Positions 25,182-36,434 of a DNA stretch of 64,000 bases are shown here, piece after piece (positions within the stretch are counted from its first letter, which is position 1; each line of letters starts with the position of its first letter). The notes beneath the pieces were generated by a model that was not told the origin of the DNA, ran no database searches, and was given only the letters and a program-made list of their open reading frames with translations. The translations under genes were made by a program, and so were the position numbers. Source of the DNA: Elsinoe ampelina (lineage: Eukaryota); contig ML992507.1 of NCBI GenBank assembly GCA_010093995.1, positions 741,576-805,575 of the forward strand, in the 5' to 3' direction.

Positions 25182-28100
25182 CTAGTTGTTACCTAATAAG
25201 GTAAGATAATAACACTAGCTAAAGCCTTAATATAATAAAGATCCATATATTAAATTACTTTATACTAGAAGTCTAGATACAAGAAAATAAGGTAAGAGCA
25301 ATAATAGATTTAGGAGCTAACTATAGCTACGTCTCTATAATAGTTACTAATTAGCTTAAACCTTATTAACATTAGAAGGAGTTACCTTATCTACTTACTA
25401 TAGCGGATAGAACCCCTATAGAAAAGGATAGGAAAGTTACTTAGGAACTACGAAACGTTATAATTAGAATTAGGACATATATAGAAAAACAATTAATTAA
25501 TATAGTTAACATGTAGTATAATATAGTACTCGGCATAGACTAGCTTTAATAATACAATCTAGACGTAGACTAGATTAAAGAAACACTTAAATTCCCTAAG
25601 TACAATTATAGGACGTAGGAAGTATAATTAGCTCTATAGATACTAACTATAAGGACAGTATAGGTACGACTAATAGTTAGAGCTATTACTAGCGTAAGTA
25701 ATTAAGCACTTCCGCTAGAATATAAAGACTTTAAGGACTTATTTAAAGAAAGAGAAGGTATTATAGTCTTACTCTAATATAAACTATAGAATTATAAAAT
25801 ACCTTTTAAAGAGAGTAAATCCCCGATATACTATTAAGGTCTTATACTACTATTAAAACAAGAGAAGAATATCCTTAAGAACTATATTAATAAGTACTTA
25901 CTTAAAGGATTTATATAACTATTAAAATTACCTATTATATACGAAGTGCTTTTTATACTAAAAAAGGATAGAACGTTATAAATATACATTAATTACTAGA
26001 AACTTAATACACTTACTAGGAAGAATCGCTATCCCCTACTAAGGATTAACAAACTTTAAGACCGACTACTTAGAGCTAAATAGTTCACCGCGATTAACAT
26101 TAGGGACGCCTATTATTAAGTATAAATAAAGGAGAGCAAGGAGTAGAAAATAGCTTTTAGAACGTAATAGAGTCTATATAAGTACCTCGTTATACTCTTT
26201 AGGTTAACTAATACTCCTATAACCTTCTAAGAGTTAATTAATAACACTCTATAAAAATACCTTAACGACTTTATCTTAGTATATTTAGATAATATTATTA
26301 TTTTCTTAAAGACGTATAATAAACATATAGGATATGTTTATAAAGTACTATAGAAACTAAAAGAGAAAGACCTACTAGTAAAACTCTCTAAGTATAAGTT
26401 CTATAAGTATAAGATACAATTTCTAAGCTATGTTATATCTACTAATAGTATTAGACCTAATCTGAGAAAGATTAAGTTAGTAAATAACTAGCTAGAACCT
26501 ACAATAGTTAAGGAAATTTAAGCGCTACTAGAGTTCTTTAACTACTACTATAAGTTTGTTAAAGGATTCTCTAAGGTAGCTACGCTAATATCTAACCTTA
26601 CGAAAAAGGAAACTAGCTTTATCTTCGACAAGAGATATAGGTAGGCCTTTAAGGAGCTAAAGCTTAGGCTTACGATAGTACTTGTCCTAGTACTCTTCGA
26701 CCTAGACTAATAAGTACTACTAGAAATAGATACCTTAGACTTTGTAATAGAAGCGTATCTAGCGTAGAAGAACGTAGAAGAACGACGCTGCCTAATTGTA
26801 TACTACTTACGAAAAATAACTAGACTTAAACTTAACTACGATATATACGACAAGGAATTACTTACGATTATAGAAGCGTTCTATAAATAGAGAGTATACC
26901 TAGAAGAGACGACCTTACCTATATAAGTCTATACTAACTATAAGAACCTTCTATATTAGACAACAACTAAGGTTCTTAATAGATAATAGGTTTAATAGTT
27001 AGAAACACTTATAAGCTATAACTTCTAGATCTACTATGTTAAGGAATTAGAGAACAGCGGAGTAGACGCTCTTAGTCGCTAGCTAGATTACTTAAAAAAT
27101 ATAACAATAATAGAGGCCTCTATACTAAAGTAGTAGGACGGCGCTTTAGTCTATAAGCACCTAAAGGTAGAGCAGTTATATAGCCTTACCTAGGAGCTTA
27201 TATAAGAACAGAAAAAAGAAGTTATTTAAATACACTATAATAATCTAACTATAGGATATAGTAGGATCGATAAGACTATTAAACTTATTATATAAAACTA
27301 CCTCTAGAAAGAACTCCGAAACGATATTAAGACATATATTGCTATATATAATACATGCTATAAGTCTAAACACTCTCGATATAAACTATATAGCCTACTA
27401 TAACCCTTACTACTACTAGACAAACTATAGTAATTAGTTACAATAGACTTTATAAGACCTCTACTACTATTAGAAGAACCCCTTATAGGTGTAAAGTATA
27501 ATAGTATTCTAGTCCTAGTAGATAGATTTATAAAGTATTACTATTTTATACTATATAAGACAATAGTAACTATCGAGAATATAGCCTTTACCTTTCTCTA
27601 AATAATTGTTTTACGACATAGAGTACTACGAGACCTAATAACTAATAGGGATAAGCTATTTACGTTATAATTCTAGTAATTATTTGTAGATCTACTAAGA
27701 GTCAAATATAAGCTATTAATCTCCTTTTACCTATAAACGAATAGATAAACTAAATAGGCAAATTAAGTACTAGAGTAGTACCTACGCTACTACCTAAACT
27801 ATAAGCAAGACTTATAAGTAACACTATTACCGCTTATAGAGCTTACTATTAATAATAGAAAGTTAGTAAATAAAGTTTTACTATTCTATATAAACTATAG
27901 AATATACCTAGATCTATACTACGATATACTCGGAATTAAGCTAATATCTAAGGATATAAATAAACTAGTAGCTAACATTAAGAAGTTATATAACTAGCTA
28001 TACTAAGATATAGTATTTATATTATAAAGAATAGCAGGGTTTACTAACTAGAAGAGAATTGTAGAACTAATTCTATAGGAGAGAGAGAAGGTTTACCTCC

Positions 28101-28570
28101 TTAGTAAAAACATTAAAACGAAACGACTAAGTAAGAAACTTAACTATACTAAACTAGAACCCTTTAAGATCCTAGAAAAGAAAAACAAAAACATATATAA
28201 ACTAGAACTACCTAGATATATAAGGATCTACCTAGTCTTTTATATATTACTATTAGAGAAAGTACTATAGGACGTAGTACCTAGACCTATTAAACTAGAT
28301 AAAGAAACATAGAAGCTATAATATAAGATTAAAAGAGTTTTACATTATAAATCTATAAGGGGAAAACGTTACTATCTTATTCACTAGAAAGGACATTAGT
28401 ATAGTAAGGCAATATAGGAACTAGAGGAACACCTTACCTCGTAAGTAATTCTAGATTACTAAACTAAAAACCTATCCTAAGTAAACCGACTAGGTAGGCT
28501 AGACGCTACTAACACTAAACAAAAACGAGAACGCCTAAGGAAGACTACTTAGCCGATAGAAGCACCCTAA
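25180..28570 (+). pseudogene. Gypsy pol (PR-RT-RH-IN-chromodomain), RIP-disrupted
   Basis: PR, RT and chromodomain motifs lie in one frame, -1 relative to ORF1; ends are approximate because RIP created many stops. Confidence 0.85.
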
Positions 28571-29097
28571 TCATTACTAAATAAGGAACTCTAATTAGAG
28601 TTAGGTATAAATAATTACTAATCCTATAGTAGAACAGGATCTACTAACGATAGTATTTCCTCTTACTCTAGGACTTAAATACGAGTTTCCTCTAGGGAAA
28701 TTGCTTTCTCCGCCTTATTCTCTAGTTTCTATATTGCTTCGCGTAGGTAAAGCTTATCGCCTATAGCTCTTTAATAAGCCTCTTTTGCCTTTTTATAAGC
28801 TTCTTTAGCTTCCTTTCTAGTAGCCTTAGCTATAACTAATTCCTTTCGTAAATAAATATACTTAGACTAGAGACGCTACTATTCTAATTTTATTACCTAA
28901 ATATTATAACTTAAGTAGTTACTTACGACATACTAGCTATAGATACCCGACCGAATATAGACCTTATAGTCTAGCCCCTTCGATTTACAACAAGAATAAG
29001 CCTATAGTATATTAGTTCTAAATAGTTTAATAAACTCCGAGAGATTCTTTTATATAGATGTACTAGATTTACTATGTCTTTAACAACTAGAAGGCAT
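28549..29097 (-). pseudogene. Antisense extra ORF of the Gypsy element (Zn2Cys6-spaced motif + coiled coil), RIP-disrupted
   Basis: 183 codons without frameshift; internal stops are all TAA/TAG (derivable from CAA/CAG/TGG); TAT/TGT codons spaced C-x2-C-x6-C-x8-C-x2-C-x7-C at 28998-28906. Confidence 0.65.
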
Positions 29098-29171
29098 ATT
29101 TAGTATATAGTATATAAAGATAGAGAGAGATACTTACTTATTAGGACAACTCGATTAAAGGAGAAGAGTAA

Positions 29172-29636
29172 TGTTATAAACTAGTAGGACAAGCTAGAGT
29201 ATAGAGATATTAGGACTAATTAAACTACTAAGGTTATTACGTGACCTAGCCCGACGTTTACCTAGTTCTCTATCTTCTCTAGTAGCTCTACTCTAGAAAC
29301 TATAGAGCGTATAGGATTACTAGCGGACGTATACTCTATCTTCTCTAGCGGCTCTACTACGAAGTATATAGAGTATATAGAGTACGTAGTAAAGAATATA
29401 TATATATAGGAATAGTCCTTACCTTATATAAGTACTATAGTTAACCTCGTCTAGATAGCGAACACTAGTATTACTAAGGCTAGCCTTTATAATACTATCT
29501 AATTGTACTTTATTATCTATAAGATATACCTTCTCTAACTCTTACCTTAGTGCTATACTACTATAGAAGTAGAACTACCTCGTTCTTAGCTTAGCTTAGA
29601 CTACTAATGTAGGCTATATTTAGACAGTTCGTAATA
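29172..29636 (+). repeat. Gypsy 3' LTR
   Basis: Starts TGTTA after a purine tract; followed by TSD AGAAC. Confidence 0.95.
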
Positions 29637-32011
29637 AGAACCTTATTAATCCCTAGAAGACTATTAAACTAAAAGGGCTCCCTAAGCCTTAGAGACTAGA
29701 GGTAGTAAATACTAACTTCTTAGTACTCTTCTAGATATATAAGGAGGAATAAGTATAATATAATAAATAGTATAAGGCCTTAGCTAATTTAGCTAGCCTT
29801 ATTTAGTTATTAATTACACTATAAGTTCTTATTATTATCTAACTAGAAGGGGATCCTTATCTATAGGCTATTCTTAGAGCATTAAAGAATAGATTTACTC
29901 TATCTAATATAGCTATTTAGCTTAAGATTAAAGTACTCTAGAGAAAGTAGCTATCTAGCTCTTCCTTATAGAATATAGACTATTAGCTTTAGTAATAGGA
30001 AGAGGTTATAGACAAGGCTAGGAACTATAATCTACTAGAAGCTTAAGGCTTAAGGCTATAGAGAGACTTCTTACTCTCTATCTTAAAGGCTAAACTAGCA
30101 TTTACTAATAAGTACCTTATTAATCTAGATTTACTAACTCTACTAACTATACTTAAACTAATTACTAAGTTTAGACAGTTTTATAAACTCTATAAGCTAT
30201 ATAGTACTATAAAGGCTAGTAAGGGAGCTACGGCCTTCCCTATAGCTACTAAGAATATTCTTTATAAGAAACCTAGTTCCCCTAGGAAGCCTAAATATAT
30301 ATACTAAGGCTAGTATAAGTAGATTAAGTACTATTACTTAAATAAGTATCTAAGGCTAGAAGGATAGACACTAAACTAGTAGACTATAAAGGAGGTTAAA
30401 CAAAGGCTAAATAATAAGACTCTTAAAGAGAGAATTAAGGTTTCTATTACTAAGGAAGTATAACATTAGAAGGAGTTAACTCTACTAGTGTTAATTAACA
30501 TAGCTATTACTATTAGATTATACTTAGTATTTATCTTAGCTACTACTAACATCTTAAGCTTATAGATACTAGATTCTAGAGTAACTAATTATATCTATAA
30601 TTACACTATAAAGGACAGATATAAAGTTACTAGAATTATAGAACCTTATAAGAAGCTATTCTATAGTAATACCTTACTTAGTATTAAGAGTTAAGGAATT
30701 ATTAATATTATAGCTCTTTATAAAGGAAAGCCTATAATTATCTATCTTATAAAGGTAGCCTATATACTATTAATTATAACTAATCTAGTTAGCCTTAGGA
30801 GGTTTATTAATAGTAGAGTCTACTAGAACACTTAAACTATAAAAATTAGCTATAAAGGAAAAGTACTCTTCTTAGTTATACTAAAGTATAACTAATATAT
30901 TCTTAAGAATAACTCTAAAGTTCCTAATATTGCTACTATAGCATTAAGGGATAATAATAATTGTCTACTATTAGTATTTATTATAGTTACTATAAGGACT
31001 AATTAATCTTAGTATAAAGTTATAGGCTATCTAAGCCTAGAGTCTATTAATTACCTTTTAACTACTATAGTTAGTAGTAAGCTAACTCTAACTAAGCCTA
31101 GTTTAGTAGCTTAACTAATTTATCTTAGGTCTTTATATTAGACTTATAAGCTATTAAATACTTAGCAGATTATATTAAGAAGCTCTAATACTAAACTTGC
31201 TATATTAAAGCTATTTAAGAGAACTACCTTTAATATTATTATTAATAGATTTACTAGCTATAATAAAGTAAGATATATAAGTTACTTTACCTATAGGACT
31301 ACTAACTATTAACTAGTTACTACCTATACTTATAGATATAAGATTAATAAAATCTATATTAAGATAATTACTTATATTAAAACCAATCTTAGCTTTAAAA
31401 TTAGATTCCTTAGGAGTAACAATAAGAGAGCCTTTAGCCTTAAATTTACTATCTTTCTAGATAGTAAAGGAATCTATTATAAGCTATCTACTCTATATAC
31501 TTAAGCTTAGAATAGCTATAATAAAAGGATAAGAGCTATACTATTAAGGAGAGTAAGGGTAATTACTATCTTTGCTAATCTACTAAGGGAATTACACTCT
31601 AAACTATATAGATTAGTAGCTTATCTAATTAATAGAATACCTCTTAAGAAGCTAGACTAGAAGACTTCTTTTAAGCTAGTTTATAGATATTCTTTATTAG
31701 TTACTTATCTTAGGCTACTTAGATATAAAGCTTATACTTTAGATAAGCTTATTATAAGTAGTAACAAGCTTACACTAAGGGCTTACATTAGCTATTTAGT
31801 TAGCTATAACTTAACTAACATCTTTAGGATCTTTATACTAGCCTCTAAGAAGGTTATTAGAATAAGAGATATTAGATTTAATAAAACTTAGTTCTATAAG
31901 CTAGAGGAGTAACCTTAGCTAAAACTAATTAGATTATTTAATCTACTAAGGCTCCTATAGGAGGTTAATAAATCTAAAAGGGTATATAAAGTAGAGAGAA
32001 TAACTAAACTA

Positions 32012-32106
32012 AATCTAGTTTACTATCTAGTTTAGTATCTAGTTTAGTATCTAGTTTAGTATCTAGTTTAGAATCTAGTTTAGAATCTAGTTTAGAATCT
32101 AGTTTA
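32012..32106 (+). repeat. 12-bp tandem repeat (about 8 x ATCTAGTTTAG[T/A]) in the Copia integrase-RT linker
   Basis: Directly visible tandem array; unit length is a multiple of 3. Confidence 0.85.
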
Positions 32107-32362
32107 GTAGCTAAACTAGATACTATCTTAGACTCTAAGTTAGAGCAATCTAGATTAAGAGCTAAGCCTACCTTAGTAGCTAGATAAGAGTTACCCTATT
32201 ACACTAAATTAGTTACTACCTCTATTAGACTAATTAGATAAGGCTATTCTAGATCTAAACCTAGCTTAGATCTAAGAATCTTTACTAAATAAATAGCTCT
32301 TTAATACTTTAGCCTTACTACTATCTATAGTAGTATAGCTATCTCCTCTACTACTAGGAGGA

Positions 32363-32802
32363 NNNNNNNNNNNNNNNNNNNNNNNNNNNNNNNNNNNNNN
32401 NNNNNNNNNNNNNNNNNNNNNNNNNNNNNNNNNNNNNNNNNNNNNNNNNNNNNNNNNNNNNNNNNNNNNNNNNNNNNNNNNNNNNNNNNNNNNNNNNNNN
32501 NNNNNNNNNNNNNNNNNNNNNNNNNNNNNNNNNNNNNNNNNNNNNNNNNNNNNNNNNNNNNNNNNNNNNNNNNNNNNNNNNNNNNNNNNNNNNNNNNNNN
32601 NNNNNNNNNNNNNNNNNNNNNNNNNNNNNNNNNNNNNNNNNNNNNNNNNNNNNNNNNNNNNNNNNNNNNNNNNNNNNNNNNNNNNNNNNNNNNNNNNNNN
32701 NNNNNNNNNNNNNNNNNNNNNNNNNNNNNNNNNNNNNNNNNNNNNNNNNNNNNNNNNNNNNNNNNNNNNNNNNNNNNNNNNNNNNNNNNNNNNNNNNNNN
32801 NN
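32363..32802. other. Assembly gap (440 N) inside the Copia element
   Basis: Run of N characters. Confidence 0.99.
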
Positions 32803-34200
32803 TAATTAATAGAATCTAAGACTTATATAGTAACTCTAGTAGCTAAGATCTTTAGAATACTTATAGTATTACTTACTTATAAAGATATAAAGGCTATCTA
32901 GATAGATGTTGTTAATATCTATATTAATAGTTCTATTAATAAGACTATCTACTATACTATCCCTACTAGATTTAAGCTAGTTATAGATAATCTTATAAAG
33001 GACTATCCTAGTATTACTCTATTAGATGTAATTCTGCTACTTAATAAAGTATTATATAGCCTAAAGTAAGCCTTAGCTCTCTAGTATACTAAATTTACTA
33101 CTACTCTAAAGAGTATTAGATTTACTTAAGCCCCTAAGGCTCTATACCTCTAAATAACACCTAAAGTAATAATCTTCTTCTTTATAAATAATATTACTAT
33201 TATATATCTTAAGAAGTATAAGGAGAAAGCTAATACTATTATTATAGCTCTCTATACTAAATATAAAATAAAGGTACTTAGAGATCTAAGCTAGTTTCTA
33301 GCTATCTAAGTTATAAGGGATAGACTAATAAAGAAACTCTAGCTTAGCTAAGCCTAGTATATATAACAGATATATAGTAAGTTTATTATAGAACTAATAA
33401 GGCTAGTGTTAATACTACTACTAATTAAGATACTCTAACCTTATAAAGGCTAAGTATTACTATAAGAGATCTACCTATATTAGTAAAAAGTAGAATCTAT
33501 TAACTTTATAGTAGTTATTATAAGACCTAATATAGCCTTTGCTACTTCTAGATTATTAGAGTATCTAATAAATCTATTACTAACTTACTAAAGGATAGTA
33601 AATAGAGTAATCTAATATCTCTATAAAACTAAGAATTTAGCTTTTACTTTTAATAGCTTAATACTACTACTAATCTTTTAAGCTTTATTAGATACTAGCT
33701 TTAGTAGCTACCTAATAAGGAAGAGCCTTTAAAGCTATCTCTTTAAGATATTTTAAGGATTAATTAACTAAAAGGCTATAAAGCAACTAATAGTTATAAT
33801 ATTAACTATAGAGGCTAAGCTACTTACTCTTATAGAGACTACTAAGTAAGCTATATAGTAGAGAAGGCTAATAGCCTCTATCTATCCCCTTAAACATATT
33901 AGTATTTAGTATAATAATTAGTAAACTATTAGTCTTATTACTACTCTAATAAAGAAGCTAAATATATATCTTTACTATATTAATATTTATTATTATTAGC
34001 TAAAATAAGAGATTAATTAAGCTAGAGATCTATCTAGCTCTATCTTAGTAATATAGACACTATTAGTAGACACCTTAGCTAATAGATTTACTAAATTACT
34101 ACTACCTAGGAGGTATAAGGCCTTCTTATAATAGCTATCCTTTAAGTTAGTAGTCTACTAACTAGCTATTATAGAGTTATAGCTACTTAGTAAAGGGGTA

Positions 34201-34459
34201 TATTAACCGAGGTATAAGCTAGAGCGCTAAGAAGACCCTAATTTAGTTTATCCTAAGGTTAAACTAAACACTTATCTACTACTCTACTAATTTATAATTA
34301 AATTAGATAGTTATTGTCTTAATCTGTTATTACTTAGGAGTTCTATTGATTTATCTATCTCTTAGTTTATTAGGTTAAGTATTTATGTAGTTACAATCCA
34401 CCTCAGTTTAGTGGATCAGGCAGTAATCAATCCTTTTTCCTCCCCCACACAAGTCAACA
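34201..34459 (+). repeat. Copia 3' LTR
   Basis: Ends ...AAGTCAACA followed by TSD ACCAA. Confidence 0.95.
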
Positions 34460-35497
34460 ACCAATCAATCGGGCGGGCAGAGCTGAAGTCCGATTCACCA
34501 CGCTAGAGCAAAAGCAGTTGGCGGTCTATCCTCGTCGATTGGCTACGAGTCAGCCCTGTGCAGAATTTAGATCAGCCACGCATCATGCCGTGCAGTCTTC
34601 GCGTGTCGCCAATGACAATAATCCGAGGGCACTCGCGCCCTGCGAGCGACGCTAGACACCCGACTGGGAAGACATGCATGCCACTTCGCTCGCCTGGAAT
34701 AGTAGGGTACCCTTTTGTGCTCTGGATGTAACGTTCGTACAGGTCGATAATTCTAGGACGCGAATGAGTCGATGGCACGTTTCGCCTGCAGATGGATCAT
34801 GTCATGCGGGTTGGATGTTGCGTACGCAGCAATAGATCGGGTGAGGCAGAGTAGCTATTGTCGTCGAGCTGAATCGTTGGGCTATGAGGAAGTATCAATC
34901 CTACCAGGCAGAAGGCAGAGATGGACGTTTGCCATCAGCGAAGATCGTCCAGGATGCTATTCCGTTTCCCTCTGGCAATGCAGGAGAAGACAAGGCATCT
35001 TCCATTCAAACGTCATGGTACAGCTTGAAAGACGGCTGTGCTCCCCGCCATCCCGCGACTTCCGCGTAAATTATCGTGATAGTTCGTTGCCTTGTTGACT
35101 GCAGGGTGGGTCACGTTCTCATGCAGGACAGGTACGAGCACTCGAGCTAGTACAGATTGGATGTGTATCCTGCGCAAGGAGTAAAAACTTTGGGTGGAAT
35201 TATTGCTCATGCATTTCGTAGCTCGGCGCTGCCGAAGAGGATTACAAATGAATTTCTATCTGGTATTTCTGTCGTGATGGGCTGCATGTAGCCTTTCATC
35301 ATCGAAGCGACTGAGGGGTGACTGTACATTCTCCCAAGATCCCTCGAGGGTCATGCCTTTCCGTATAACCCAAGATACTCCAAGAAAAAAAAAAGCCCAT
35401 GGTAGCAGAAGACCGCCCCGCAGTGATCCTGAAAATGCTCGCGCTGTCGTGAATGTCCGTGAAACTCCTCCATCATATCCTACATTCAAATACGTGC

Positions 35498-36434
35498 TCA
35501 TGATTGCTCAAAGGATTGGAATGGTGGTGACATGGGTATCATCATCGGTGTCTGTGGGAATGTGTTGAAGTCCCCTGGTGACCCGGCGCTCGAGTATTCG
35601 TAAATGTCGCATAGGTCTGGTGTCTGTTCTGCGATTAGTATGAGATTCTGCTCTGAGAGTAGTGGAACGGTTTCGCTCACCAGAGATTCTGGGAATGAAG
35701 AGGCAAAGGACATGTCCATTGAGTTCATGGGCATGTAGCCAGGAAGGCTAAGAGGACTGATGTCGTGCTCCAGAAACCCTTCCTGCTTGATTGGGAGAGT
35801 CTTGTCTGACCATGCAAACGACTGGTCCACTGGCTGGAGGTATGGCTGGTACTGGTAGGTAGGATCTGCGTTAGGGAGGTAGGAGAAGTTGCCGGCCGGA
35901 AGCTGAGGAGATGCAGGAGTCTGGAAGGAGTCGAGGGTAGGAAATTGGAAAGGTGGTGGGGAGGTCGAGAGTTGGCGAGTATGCTGACTCGAGAACATGG
36001 TCCAGTCTTCTACTGCTGTCCTGCCATGTGATGCTGGGGTGGACTGTGCTGCCGGTGACTGCTTTCGTTTCGAGCTGGTCGAGGAGGTCGACTTTTTCGA
36101 GTTTGAGCGGGATGGCTCTTTGGATGGGAGTGACTGAGGTTCAGGTTCTGGCGAAGTAGAGGAGGCGGCCTTGCGCTCGAGGTCTTCCAATCGCTTCTTC
36201 AGCTTCTTCCCTGAGATGGTATTAGTATTGGTCAGCCATATTAGTCGAGGTATACTCACTGTAGTTGCGTTGAGCAATCCTGTTCTGTATCCGTCGCCTC
36301 TCAGCGAGGTCTGAGATCTTGGTCCAGTCTTCATTGGGCTGAGCACTTGCACTGAAAGCACTGCTGGTGTGGTGGGCGACACCGTCCCTCGACGATGTGC
36401 CATAAGTGTAAGAGGATGTTCTCCGATGATCCAT
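35498..36434 (-). CDS. bZIP transcription factor
   Basis: SSAFSASAQPNEDWTKISDLAERRRIQNRIAQRNYR|KKLKKRLEDLE basic region; introns 36211-36259 and probably 35624-35680. Confidence 0.9.

Larger units (their letters stand above)
22615..29636 (+). mobile_element. Gypsy/Ty3 chromovirus LTR retrotransposon, full length (7022 bp), RIP-inactivated
   Basis: 465-bp LTRs at 22615-23079 and 29172-29636 with consensus termini TGTTACGAACT...AGTTCGTAACA; TSD AGAAC (22610-22614, 29637-29641). De-RIPped CCHC knuckle ~23961-24008, protease IDSGA ~25304, RT YLDDI ~26282, RNase H ETDASD ~26723, integrase HPQTDGQTE ~27728, GPF ~28157, chromodomain 28322-28435; PPT before 29172. Confidence 0.95.
22074..34459 (+). 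mobile_element. Copia (Ty1) LTR retrotransposon, RIP-inactivated, interrupted by a nested Gypsy element
   Basis: 259-bp LTRs at 22074-22332 and 34201-34459; TSD ACCAA (22069-22073, 34460-34464); PBS-like gttataagccc; PPT before 34201. De-RIPped motifs in Copia order: CxCxxxHxxxxC ~30295, WILDSGA ~30562, integrase WH...GH ~31010 and SDNE ~31415, RT KALYGLKQ ~33046, RNase H SDASF/TEAE/LADGFTK 33690-34095. Confidence 0.95.

Noticed and set aside
26763..26784. Apparent 10-bp duplication CGTAGAAGAA in RNase H
   Set aside because: The pol frame is preserved (about LAQKNVEGRRRPIAYYSRK); the similarity is likely RIP-driven convergence.
32012..32106. Tandem array resembling a CRISPR or telomeric repeat
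   Set aside because: 12-bp units with no spacers, inside the Copia pol linker of a eukaryotic genome; an ordinary coding minisatellite.
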